Part shown: in pieces, positions 52,591-64,000 of the stretch
Layout: every line of letters begins with the position of its first letter
Numbering within the stretch: the stretch's first letter is position 1
NCBI GenBank assembly: GCA_013239625.1
Contig: MU053513.1
Span: 1,538,927-1,602,926 of the forward strand
DNA length: 64,000 nucleotides
Source: Lama guanicoe
Lineage: Eukaryota
Direction of reading: 5' to 3'
Notes under the pieces: model-generated
The model's input: the letters and a program-made list of their open reading frames with translations, nothing else
What the model was told of the DNA's origin: nothing
Database searches by the model: none
Made by a program: the position numbers and the translations under genes

Positions 52591-53900
52591 CAGAAATAAC
52601 CACCTTTAAGGCAAAATTACTTTCTTTTTCCTTAACAAACTGCATTTCCATTCCTCATATACTCTTTTATTGAAAACACATATTTCCATTTCTCATATCT
52701 TCGTTTATTAAAAACACACATCCTACTTTCCTTGAATACTGAAATGCTTCCCTTACTATTTCCAGTAACTATAACTACATATTTTAATTGGAATTCTCAA
52801 CTTTTAAAAACCTTAATTTCTAGTGAAATCTAAGAAGCAAGCAATTGTGAACTATCTTTTTACGTTAGTATTCTGTAGATTGGCAAACTTATAAATACTG
52901 TTTATAATTTCTAAAAACATGTGCTTTCTTATAGAAAATGTCTCAGTGTGGCACCAAAAATATTCATTAATAGTCCTAAATATCTTTAGTTTCTCTGTAA
53001 AAGGAAGCCAATGTTCAATATTTTATTTTATTTGAGAATGAGCTAGATATTCAATAAACTTCCATCATTCAACTTAATTTAGCAAAACTCTAAAGTTTCA
53101 GGTTACCAAAATTTGGAAAGACTATTTTTAAACAGATATTCCTAAAACATAATTATTTCTAAAGAATAATTTCTTTATCTGAAGGCTCTTATATCATTTA
53201 CATTTGATTTACTTATAAAAATATTCTATTATACCACGTTATTTTTCTTGCTGACAAATTTTGCAACAGATATAATAAGATCTTACTTGACTTCTAGCAA
53301 ACCTAGATACAATCAGAGTATTATACCTAATGTTAATGGCTCTAAGATATGTCTATATTAATTAAACCAACAAACTTAAACTAATTTTAATAAAAAATAT
53401 TAATTTAATACTGAATATTTCCCAGTTCACATGAACCTGAAGATCACTTGGGTTAGTTACTTCTATATTTCTGGGAATTTATATAAAGTACTTAATTTCC
53501 TTTAAGCCAATTAAATAGAGCTAATTTACCAATTAATTTTGGTAATACTCTCTGGAGATAGAGACATATCATATCTGTAACATACACATTGACTTACATA
53601 CATCCATATAGACACAGAGATCTCACACTTTCATTTTAAAGTTTAGTCATGAATCAGATATCACAATGTCAAACTTACTAGTTTATAAATAACAGCTGGA
53701 ATAAGTTAGTCGCTTGAGTTTAAAAAGGCCCCTTTTCCGGTTTTGTTTTTTCTCCTCAGTCTCAGGAATTGGAGATGGTCTAGATAAGATATGAGTTCCT
53801 GAGAGTCCTAGTAGAACATGTACATCTCAAGACACAGAGAGAGAAATCCAAGCTTTTCCTAGAGGGTCTTATTCCCTTGGGTTCAGAATTCTGAAGAACC

Positions 53901-53990
53901 TTTTTTTTTTTTAATGTAGGTACTGGAGATTGAACCCAGGACCTCATGCACGCTAAGCGTACACTCTAGCAATGAGCTATACCCTCCCTC
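53901..53990 (-). mobile_element. vic-1-type SINE (short form) inserted in the provirus
   Basis: Reverse complement GAGGGAGGGTATAGCTCATTGCTAGAGTGTACGCTTAGCGTGCATGAGGTCCTGGGTTCAATC plus poly(A). Confidence 0.88.
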
Positions 53991-55709
53991 TGAGATGTTT
54001 TATCAGGCCAGCTTTCTTGAACTTGACTGTGTATACAATAAAAGAGCCCTTTCTTGGCCATTTGGGGGGCAAGATTTCCTTTAATTCCCAGTGAAGTGAG
54101 TACTGGTAAGTATACATTCTGTATCTACATAACCTGGCAAGGGAGTTAGTTGGAGACTTTCTTGCTTTCTTTCTTCCTTCCTTTTTTTTTTTTTTTGGAA
54201 GCTCTCTTATTTTTTTTAATTGATATATATTCAGTTTACAACACTGTGTCAGTTTCTGGTGTACAGCATAATGTTTGGCTTTCTGACTCCCCTCTTTCAG
54301 GAAAGATGTTAAGCCAGCCTCCCACCTAATCACTCAATCCAGACCACTCAATGTCTTTCAACTGAGTAACTCCCAGTATTAGTGTCTTTCAACTAGAAAA
54401 GCAGGTAACTGCTATACACTGCTAAATAAAACTTGGGATCATAAACCAATAATCGAGAGATCTGAGAACCAGAAGAGGCTTAACTCTACTTTGTCTGGAC
54501 TCCCCAAGGAGGTAGACAGGTAGGCTCTACCGGATCCGTGTAGAGTTCAGGCAAAGGAGAGAAACCTGCTCTGGGTCCCTGAGTTGTCACCAAAACTGTC
54601 AGCTGAAATAAAAACAATGTGAGAGCTCTGAATTTCAGTTTTATTGGGAGGTGTACTGAGGACTATAGTCCAGGAGACAGCCTGTTGGATAGCTCTGAGG
54701 AACTGCTCAGAAGCGGTAAGGGGGGCAATGATCACAAAATGCATGTGATTTTGGCAAAGGGGGTACGTGCACCCAAGCACACATCTCAGTAGAAGGCTGC
54801 TGCTAGTCCTGAGGAACACATACCTTAGATAATGGTTTTAGTTTCCTATTCCAAGTATGGGAAGATGCAGGAATTCAGGTTCGTAAAAGATTTCTCCTGA
54901 AAATAACTATCTGAAGGCCTGTTCTGCCAGTTCTCCCAGAGCACAGAGCGCCTCACTCCTGATCGCTGCCCTGATCTCCTTTCAGGGTGTGTTGAAGGTC
55001 AGCAGTTGCAGTAGCTAATGACTCAATACTTGTAGAGCTGGATAGCGATCAACCTTTAGTTAGAGCTTCCTCACCTCCCCACCTCTCTGCTAAGTGCTGC
55101 TCACCAAGAACTGTGTTCCCTAAAGCTCTCTTTCCTTGGCCATCTTGTCTGCTTACTCTACATGCTCTCCCTGAATGAACACATCTATTCTTTTTTTTTT
55201 TTTTGCTTTTTAAATTTTTTTAATTGAAATTATTCAAAAGTTCACTGAAGTTTGACTAAAGAGAAGTAGGAAGAGAAGTGAGTCATTGTAGGGCATTTGG
55301 CAGGTACATTACATTATCGATACCTGTGTAGGCGGGATAAGGGATCAGTATAAGGGAACACAAGGGGTGTGAAGTTAAGAAAAACTTCAGAGAAGAATGC
55401 TTTTAAGCTGTGTCAAATGAAATATCAAATAAACAGTGCAAAAGTATTGGCAGAGGATGGGAAGGTTGGATTCTTTAGCCTTTCAATTCCCTTTAGTTTC
55501 TAAATCCTATTATTCTTTGCCTGGAAAGTGAAAGTTTCCCTCAAAGCCTACATCAAGTTCAACTTTATTGTAAAATCTCAGTTAAGGGTGCTATATGTCA
55601 ATTATATATCTCCATAAAACTGGAAGAAAAAAATCTCACTTAAAGAACCAGCTGTATCAGCCATAACAACAGGAAATAGAGGGTACACCCAAATTAAGAA
55701 TATTTGGTT

Positions 55710-55910
55710 GGGGGAGGGAGAGTATAGTTCAGTGGTAGAGCATGTGCTTAGCATGCGTGAGGTCCTGGGTTCAATCCCCAATACCTCCCTCAAAAAGTAT
55801 AAATAAATAAATAAACCTAATTACCTCCCCCCACCAAAAAAAAACCTTAAAAAAAGAAAATAAATAAATAAACCTAATTTCCTCCCCCATAAAAAACAAT
55901 TTTTAAAAAA
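55710..55910 (+). mobile_element. vic-1-type SINE with duplicated tail module
   Basis: tRNA-like head, then two AAATAAATAAACCTAATT(A/T)CCTCCCCC-A(n) units. TSD AAGAATATT at 55696 and 55910. Confidence 0.9.
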
Positions 55911-58900
55911 AGAATATTCAGGGATGGTTTAATAAAGGGAATGGGCAGGTAGCAGTCAGCATATCCTCATAATATTTAGTATAATACCCCAGGGCCCTTT
56001 CTATCCGCAAGTCCAAAGAGATGAGGAATTTGGAAATTCTGCAGTGAAAATCACCTTAAGAGGAGCTGTGGCATTTGCTTGAAGGAAACATCTAGCTAGA
56101 GGCAAGCTAGAAGAAAAGGGAATGAAAAGCCTGACCTAATATGACCCTTAGATGTGAGCAGAAGGAGCGTCTGCTCCAGCCCTCCTTCAGCCGCACAACG
56201 TCCTACAAAAGTCCTACGGAGTCCACAGAGCCAAGGGGCATGGCCACCAGAGCTCATGCCTTCCAGAGCATGGTCTAGATACCCAAAGCCCCTGGATTCC
56301 CCTGCCCAACCGGCAGGGTCTGCTTCCAAAAACTGCATAGAATGTCCCGGGATCAAGGAAGCGAGTGACCCTGATGGGCACAACCCTATGCCTGGGGGTG
56401 GCCCAGGAGTAGCTCTTTGCCTCAGAAAGAGATGTGGGGAGGGGAGGAGTGCAGACAGAGCGGAGTAGGAAAAGAACACGGTAGGATGCAGGCAGAGAGC
56501 TGTTTCTCCCCGTGTCCCTATATTCCTGTATGGAACTCTGATGAATTGGGGAACTTGAAAGTTGAACTTGGCCTTTCAGATCAGTATTAATATATATTAG
56601 TCAAACTAGGAGGCTACAACATATATTACTTGACAGTTTGTTTTTAAGCAATTAGTTTGCAATAGTTAGGATTGGTATCTGGGCCTCTGTTTGTACTCTT
56701 GCCCCAGGGCCCACACATGTGCCAACCCTGACCTCTTTCTCCTCCCTCAGGTCACCTGCCCAACCTTCACACTGAACCAAACCAGATGCCAGAGGGAAGA
56801 CTCTCCGCCGATATTGTCCAGGCTGCAGATGCCTCCAGGAAAAACTGGAAAAGGTGAAATTTGTGTCTAAAGAGGCTGGTACACCACCCTGCCTGATACC
56901 ATCCATTTTACTAGAAATAGTTCTTTATAACAGTTTTGTGTTTGCGTGTATGCTGACTTTTTTCACATATGGTAAATTGTCTACCTGAATACACAGCTCC
57001 TTGAGGATAGAAAACATGTTTCCTGTTCCTCTTTGGTATTCTCTCCAGATTCTCGTTCAGCATTATATATGATATGTATCAGTAAATATGATTGGATAAA
57101 ATAAACTGACCTCTGTTTCTACCTAAAATAAATGAATTAACTACAATCAATTTAAAAAAATCAAGTCTTCATCTTACATCTAAGCTCACATTTCAACCCA
57201 GGTTATCAATCTACAGTATTTCTACTCAGTAGCATTTGGTGTTTCTAACAGTCTAAAAGTACTAACTATAAAATCAGATATGAGTGAGTCAAAAAAAAGT
57301 CTAGGATTAAATTAATATAACATTATATGTCTGCCAAAACCAATAATACTACCTTGTTTGTAAGAAAACATGTAGCCATCAAATGAATCATAAGACAAAT
57401 TTACTAACTTATTTTTCCCAGCAAATATAGCCTCTAGTTACAAGTAACATAAGGAGTTCTAAATAAACACACACTATCAAGAGCCCTCAACACGGTCCCC
57501 TCATCCCCCACAGTTACAAATCCAGTAAGCAAATCCTTGGGAAAAAATAAACACAGGATTTGTTAAACCATATGCAGTTTTCCCTGAAACTAAAGATAGC
57601 ATGTTTTATAGTTGCGTGGCAACAATGAACAACTGAAGATGGCAAGTGGGCAAGGAAATAACCCTTATTTAGCTGAAATTCAGAAAAATCTTCTTAGGAA
57701 TAACTGGAAATGGAGAACTGGAAAACAGGAAGAGGAAAAGGAGGTGAAGTGATACAGTAGGAAGAATAAAGTTAATAGTAATAATAAGTAGGTGTTCACT
57801 GAGCACCTACTGTGTGTCTGGTGTAGTGTTCAGTATTTTACATGCATTAGCTCGTCCATGGTTACTTGGAGGAAACCCTCTGGTTTGGAGTCCAGATTAA
57901 TCTGCATCTCCAAGGTTATGGTAAATAAAAAAGTAAACAAACAAGAACAGATGTGAACAACAAGCTGATTTAACACAAGTTCTTCTACAATAATATAAAT
58001 ATGAAAGAGCTGCATGGGATTTAGAAAACAGCCACATTCAAAAGTCACATGTTTTAATCATTCAAGGAATGTATTCAAAACTGAAAATAGTAATTAGTTG
58101 ACATATAAGCCCTTGATGACTCTTTCAGAGTTGGGTGAATAGTTTCCTTTATACAGAATCCAAAATCGTATTTAGAGTAAAACAAGTATTTTCAGTGAAA
58201 ACAATAACCCAAACAACCTTTGAAGATAATCATATAGTGATTTTAAGGTCGAGATACAGCAAAGACAAAAAGAAACATAATTTCTCTAAGGAAAAACCTC
58301 TCTCATCAGAGTGGAAATTCTGGAAAAATTATATTACGTATCAAAAACATGAAATCTAGGGGTCCCTCTACTATCCATTTGCTGGGGGGAAAGGTAACAG
58401 ATTGTCAGCACCTGATAGTTATTAGCTAGTGATGAGATAATTGTCTCCAACTGTTCCATTTTTAATTTGAAATACATGCAAATAACAGGTTCTCAAACAT
58501 GGCCAAATATTTCTCATTTTGTTCCTCGGTTTTATTGGAAAAATTATACTAGTGAATGTTATCCACAAATATTTTACCACATTGGGTAATTAAAATTAGA
58601 ATACTGCACTTACCCAGAAAGTTTTAAAAATAAGAATTTGATCTGAAAACTAATCAGCATAACATAACCTCATTAATTTAAGGTAATATAATTCAGGTTT
58701 TGCTGTAATTTTAGCAGACAGGACCGAAGTTTTCATCTGCCAAGCAGAAGACAGAGAATGCTGATTTACGTGACATACATATAAACTGAAAATCCAAATA
58801 AAGATTCTAAGTGGGCATCCTGCTTTCCACTTTCCTTTCACAAATCAAGCAAACAAAAAGCAATGGTGAGTTTATGTATTTTTAAAAATCAGCCATAAGG

Positions 58901-61894
58901 GAATGTTATACAGAGATGGCATTATTTTCTACACTTTCCTCAACTGTAATAAATCAGAGAAAGTGTTCAGCATACCAATTAAGTGCATAAGTATTGGATT
59001 AAAAGCCCTGATTCATGTCATCAAAATATTTCATAATAGTAGTTGACTATGGTTTGGGGCAAATCTTTTAATCTCTTGGCTAATTTTTCATGCTTGAAAA
59101 TATTTACTTCTTATGGTAAATGTGAAGGTTACATGAAATAACATTTGTAGATCGGGTATCATAACACCTAGCACATGGAAAGTGATTAAGAAATATTTGT
59201 TATTATTGCATAATAGATAATCAAAATGAAAATGAATGTCATGTTGTAAGATCCTATAGTATATTCTGAATCAAGTACATGTTTTATGTTTGGTAATAGT
59301 TTTCATATGGTATATTTCATTACACTCTCAAACTTTGAAAATAGGCTATCTGAATATGGTATATATTTAGTTACTCAAAATAATGAATCAGAATATTTTA
59401 TTCCAAACATTTCAGATTAAGAAAAGTTGGTTTAAATAGTGAATATAAATTATAAAAGAAATGTAATCCAATTATTTTAAAATATAATAGGGAATTTCAA
59501 CAATTCCTTATGGTTATCATCACATTTTATCTGCTCTTAAAATCATATCCTAAAGTACATTTACTTAGTATATGAGTATTTCAAGTTATAAACTAAATTG
59601 GAAAATAAACAATCTTTGTGATTTGTTGTATTTAATATTTCTTTAACTCAGAATAGGCTACTTCCAAATTGTTTCAATTCATTGTGTTTCAAAGACATTT
59701 TGCATTATCTTCCTCCTTGGACATCTTAAGTGAAAATATTAATAAATACCACAAGATGTCGATTTAAATTATTTGGCATAAATTCAATACAACATATACT
59801 GAGAAATTGTTTTGCATAAGGCCTGACCTAAATGCTGGGAAAGAAAAGTCTATTTTTAAGAGAACTGATAACACAACTGTCAATTACACAAGGCAAATTA
59901 TAACGTGCTCTACAAGGAAGTAAGCAGAATGAGGGGAAGATTCTGATCAAAGGGATCAGGAATGTCCCATGTCTCAGATAGACCTTGATTTTGACAGGAG
60001 ATGGGATTAGAGTGGTAGAAGGACCACATGAGGAGAAAAATCGGGATGCTTGCTTTCTGCAGAGGCCAAATGTTCATGTGGATGGCTTATCGTACAAAAA
60101 GGCCTAGGTTTGGAGTAAACGTGTAAAACTGAAAAAGCAGGTTGATACCAGATTATAAATGATCTTGGATACTAGGAAGAAGTTTGACTTTTATTTTGCA
60201 AGCAGTTGATTATAACCAATAATGTAATTAAGGCGGACCACCAGACCGACAGTGAGGACACCTAGCCCAGGCTCTACTATCACTTAACTTGTGTGCATGT
60301 CATTCAACAGCTCAGGGCATCAGTTTCCTCACTTGCTTTTTAAAAAACAAAACTGAGTTGAACTGAATCATCTAAGATTCCTTGAAGTACAAAAGTAATA
60401 TAATTCGATGATTCAACATAAAACTATGGGGCTACTTTAAGTTTTTCTCAATCTGTATAATTTAGAAGCTAAAGATGGATCATTCCTATTTAAACAGAAA
60501 ATAGAAAAAAAATTTAAATCATACCATGCACGTGGTTGTTGAAAAATGACTCAGTTTTGCTGATACCTAGTTCTAAGTCTGTAACAAATATTTTCTTTCT
60601 GGAAATTAAATAAAACATATTCCCCCCAAATAAAGTTTATCTCATCTTCTGCTTTTATAGCAATTTCTTCTCTGCCAGGATCTCAAATGCTTTGAAAAAA
60701 AATCCAGAGTGCCATAAAAATTAAAGGCAAAACATTTAGGCACAGTATCTGTCATTTAATAATATTTGTTGAAATTGTTTGCTCCTTCCTTCCAAAATCC
60801 CTCAACACAGTCATTTTATCACCTTTCAGTTGATCTCATTTCTCTTACACTGTATCTTTCCCATCCATCTGCCATACTTCTACCTGTGAGTGATCTTAGT
60901 AAACGTAAGTCTAACTGTGTTGCTTCTGTTTAAAGCTGCTTATTTGTTTTCCATGGCTTATAGCAGCAGTTCTCAAAGTGTAGTCCCCACACCAGCACCA
61001 TCAGCATTACCCAGGAAGTTATAGGGAATAAAGTTTATTTTATTTTATTTTATTTTACTTTTTCATGCAGAACCCCAGGCGCTGCCTAAACACTATTGAT
61101 CATTCTGGTTTGCTGCTTATCCATTAAGCCACTCCTTTGTCAAGAATGTGACCTTTAAGTCCTTAGTGAGAAGCACCTTGGGAGAAGTATTTCTCCAGCC
61201 CAGTAGTTTTAAAGGAGAGGAGGAGCAGCAAATACCTGAGGACTGACTATGAGTCAGTCTACATTCCTTTTCATCATAACCTCAACAACAAGGCTTTGCA
61301 TTGCCCTGGTAACACTACAGTTATCAGCATCGGGAACCTGGGCTGTTGTCCCCATTCTGAGAAGTGAAGCTGCAGGTAATGTCTATGGCAAGTAACGCAG
61401 GAGAGAGACAAGTGCAGACCTGAGTTTTCCTCCAACTAATCCTTTCACTGCTGCCTCACCAGCCTGCCACCCATCAATCCTGACAACCTACTTCAAGACA
61501 GTTCGCTCTCTACAAGGGTCCCTCTTGTTTCCAACTAGTTCTGTACTTTCTCTAGGGTTGAATATCAGAGAGGAAGCTTGCAGCTCCTCTTATTTCCTAT
61601 CTTGACCAGGAACTAGAAACCTTCAAATTCTCATGAATCTAATGCCCGGCATATAGTTTGCTCTTAAATGTTTAATTAATATTGAGTGAATAAATCCTGG
61701 CTCTAAGACCTGAAAATCGGATTCTAATTTGACTTCCAGTTGAAAAGATGTTATGATTGATAATAGCTAATATTCATTATTGAGTTAGACATTATTATAG
61801 GTGCTTATTTGTTTAAGTGAAGTAATACATATAATAAATGAAACAATTGTGATTTCCTTGTGTGTTCTGAGTGGGAACTAAGACAAAGAAGCAT

Positions 61895-62212
61895 AAAGTC
61901 AGCCTTCCACACCCACAGAATGGAAAAAAAATTCCCCCCAAATCCTGGAAAGTTCCAAGGAGCAAAACTTGCATTTGCCAGGCTCTAACAACAATTTACA
62001 TAGCATTATGTTGTATTTACAAATATTTGCATAGCATTTACATTGTATTAGATATTAAGAGTCATCTAGAGATGATTTAAAGTATAGGGGAGGATGTACT
62101 TAGGTTATGTGCAAACACTACACCATTTATATAAAGGACGTGAGCATCCCTGGATTTTGGTATCCATGGGAATCCTGGAACGAGTCCCCTGTGGATACCA
62201 AGGAACAACTAT
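61895..62212. mobile_element. Tigger3/MER2-like DNA transposon fragment
   Basis: GAAAGTTCCAAGGAGCAAAACTTG...ATTTTGGTATCCATGGGAATCCTGGAAC..CCCCTGTGGATACCAAGGAACAACTATA. Confidence 0.75.
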
Positions 62213-62253
62213 ACTTTTTTTGACAATAATATATAACTTCAGCGCTCACTATG

Positions 62254-62799
62254 TGTGTTAGTTCACTTTGTGTCAACTTGACTGTGCCAAGGGATACCAA
62301 GATAGCTGACAGAACGTTACTTCTGGGTGTGGCTGTGAGGGAATTTCTGGAAGAGATTAGCATTTAGTTCTGTAGACTGAGTAAAGAGATCTGCCCTCAA
62401 CAACGTGGGCTAGCATCACCCCTGTCCAGTCGCTGAGGGCGACAATGGAACATAAAGGGAAAGGAAGGGCAAACCTCATGCTTTGCTCCTGGGCTGGCAC
62501 GTCCATCTTCTCCTGCCCTGCGACACCCATTCGTGGTTTGAAGACCTTCAAACTCTGAACTTACTGCAGGGTCCCCTGGTTCTCAGGCTACCAGAGTTGG
62601 ACTGAATTACGCCACGAGCTTTTCCTGATTCTCCAGCTTGCCCATGGCAGATAGTGGGACTTGTCAGTCTCCACCACTACGTGAGCCAATTCTTACAATA
62701 AATCTCCTCTTCTATATATATTTACATCAGTATCAATATACATCAATGTAGGTATAGATCCTATTTGTTCTGTTTCTCTGGAAAATCCTGACTAATACA
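62254..62799 (+). mobile_element. MLT2-like ERVL solo LTR
   Basis: TGTG..TTTGTGTCAACTTGACTG...TTCTGTTTCTCTGGAAAATCCTGACTAATACA. 5-bp TSD CTATG/CCATG. Confidence 0.88.
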
Positions 62800-64000
62800 C
62801 CATGCATCATGATTTACCAAATAGGGCTAATATTTTCCAAATACATTTAGTCAACTAGCACTTTGATTTTTTTTCTAGAAAAAAGAAAAGCTTTAGTTTT
62901 TCTGAAAATATATTTTTGTGAATTTGGAAATTATACATACACACCTACCACTTAATGCAAATTAATTTTCTAATAATTTCCAAGTTTTTATAAGAATAGT
63001 TATTAGACAGTTTCTTAGCTGCTGCCTTAGAGATATATGTATGTGGCCCATTTATTTCTATCCCAGAAGTACACAGACTGAAATAGCAGTAATAAAGAGG
63101 ACATTAACCCAAAGGTCTGTAAGTTCCAACAGGCTACACATAAATTCTATGTACAGTCTCCTCAAACATCAATATTACACTTAATGCTTACAAATGAAAA
63201 CCACTGAATGTAACAACTGGGGGAACATACTTTTTCCTACATTATTTTTGTGCTCACTAATAATGACCATAAAATTTAAAAATAATGTGAAAATAGAATT
63301 TAATCAGACACTTTTAATAGTATTTTGTTGTCTCATATGTAACCCTGAGAAAAATGGTCGTGATTCTGGCAAACAGAATGAAATTTTTTTGAGTAAATCT
63401 TTTAAATTTAAAAAGTTTAAATGAAATTGTGCTTCCTTTAAAATTATCTTCCCTCAATCAGGTAGAACAACACATCAGAATTAAGCTCACTCAAATGTAT
63501 TAGTTTTGAAATTTTATTTCAAATAAAATAAATCTAATAAGAAATTTAAGACATTTCTAAGTTTCTTACTAAAACACCCATCTCTTTATGTAAGATCTTA
63601 ACAAAGTTTTTGGTGTGTAAATTTAATATTTTTAAATGTCATTAATTGGTTTGCTAAAATAATGTATAAACAGAAAAACTTAATGTTATTGTCATAATTA
63701 TGGGCCTTTAATATGGTAAATTTAATACAAATTTACATTCTTTATCTACAATTATCTTAAGTTCGGGGGAGGGAGAGGAATGAACTCCATCTATAAGTTA
63801 ATTGGAATAATGACCTTTTATTAGAATTTGTCTCATGACCAAGAAAAAGATCTATTGCTGTTCCAGTAATCAAATAATGAGTCAAAACCTTCTAATCAAT
63901 AGCTTAAAAGTGAATTTAAACAAATAACAGTTAAGTTTTAAATTTTGGCAATTTATACTACATTTATATCCCTGCAAGAATACCTAGGAGTGTTTCTCAA

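Larger units (their letters stand above)
48448..55064 (-). mobile_element. Degenerate two-LTR ERV1 provirus (MER4/MER41-group-like, non-coding)
   Basis: Direct repeats 48448-48910 and 54597-~55064, roughly 80% identical by eye. PBS-like TGGTGACAACTCAGGGAC at 54592-54575. Purine-rich tract before the 3' LTR. Integrase C-terminal remnant LQIGDYVNWKR..LQPRRKDPYQVL (ORF 50071-50262). AT-rich interior. Confidence 0.88.

Overview
Mammalian genomic DNA, very probably a camelid (camel/alpaca/llama), judged from eight copies of a tRNA-Ala-derived vic-1-type SINE. The only protein-coding gene I can support is the 5' half of GIPC2 (GH1-PDZ-GH2 adaptor) on the minus strand. It has a CpG-island exon 1 (ATG at 46753), exon 2 (19683-19868) and exon 3 (10153-10333), all with canonical GT-AG sites and a continuous reading frame. 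I did not find the later exons, so they presumably lie beyond position 1. The rest is intron and upstream sequence dense in L1, L2/MIR, MaLR/ERVL/ERV1 LTRs and hAT/Tigger DNA transposons. Best observations: (1) a full-length U6 snRNA copy fused directly to ~2.2 kb of old L1 3' sequence inside one target-site duplication (a U6/L1 chimera), with a younger L1 nested in it; (2) an ERV1 solo LTR ~250 bp upstream of the GIPC2 ATG, followed by a two-LTR ERV1 provirus with a tRNA-Arg-like PBS and an integrase remnant; (3) a tail-to-tail inverted SINE pair that should fold into a hairpin in the pre-mRNA; (4) L1 3' transductions; (5) a Gly-to-Thr change in the conserved LLGGQ motif; (6) an orphan CpG-rich intronic patch with DR1 and forkhead motifs. 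I see no convincing wholly new biological system. Repeat family names come from visual recognition and need RepeatMasker/Dfam confirmation.
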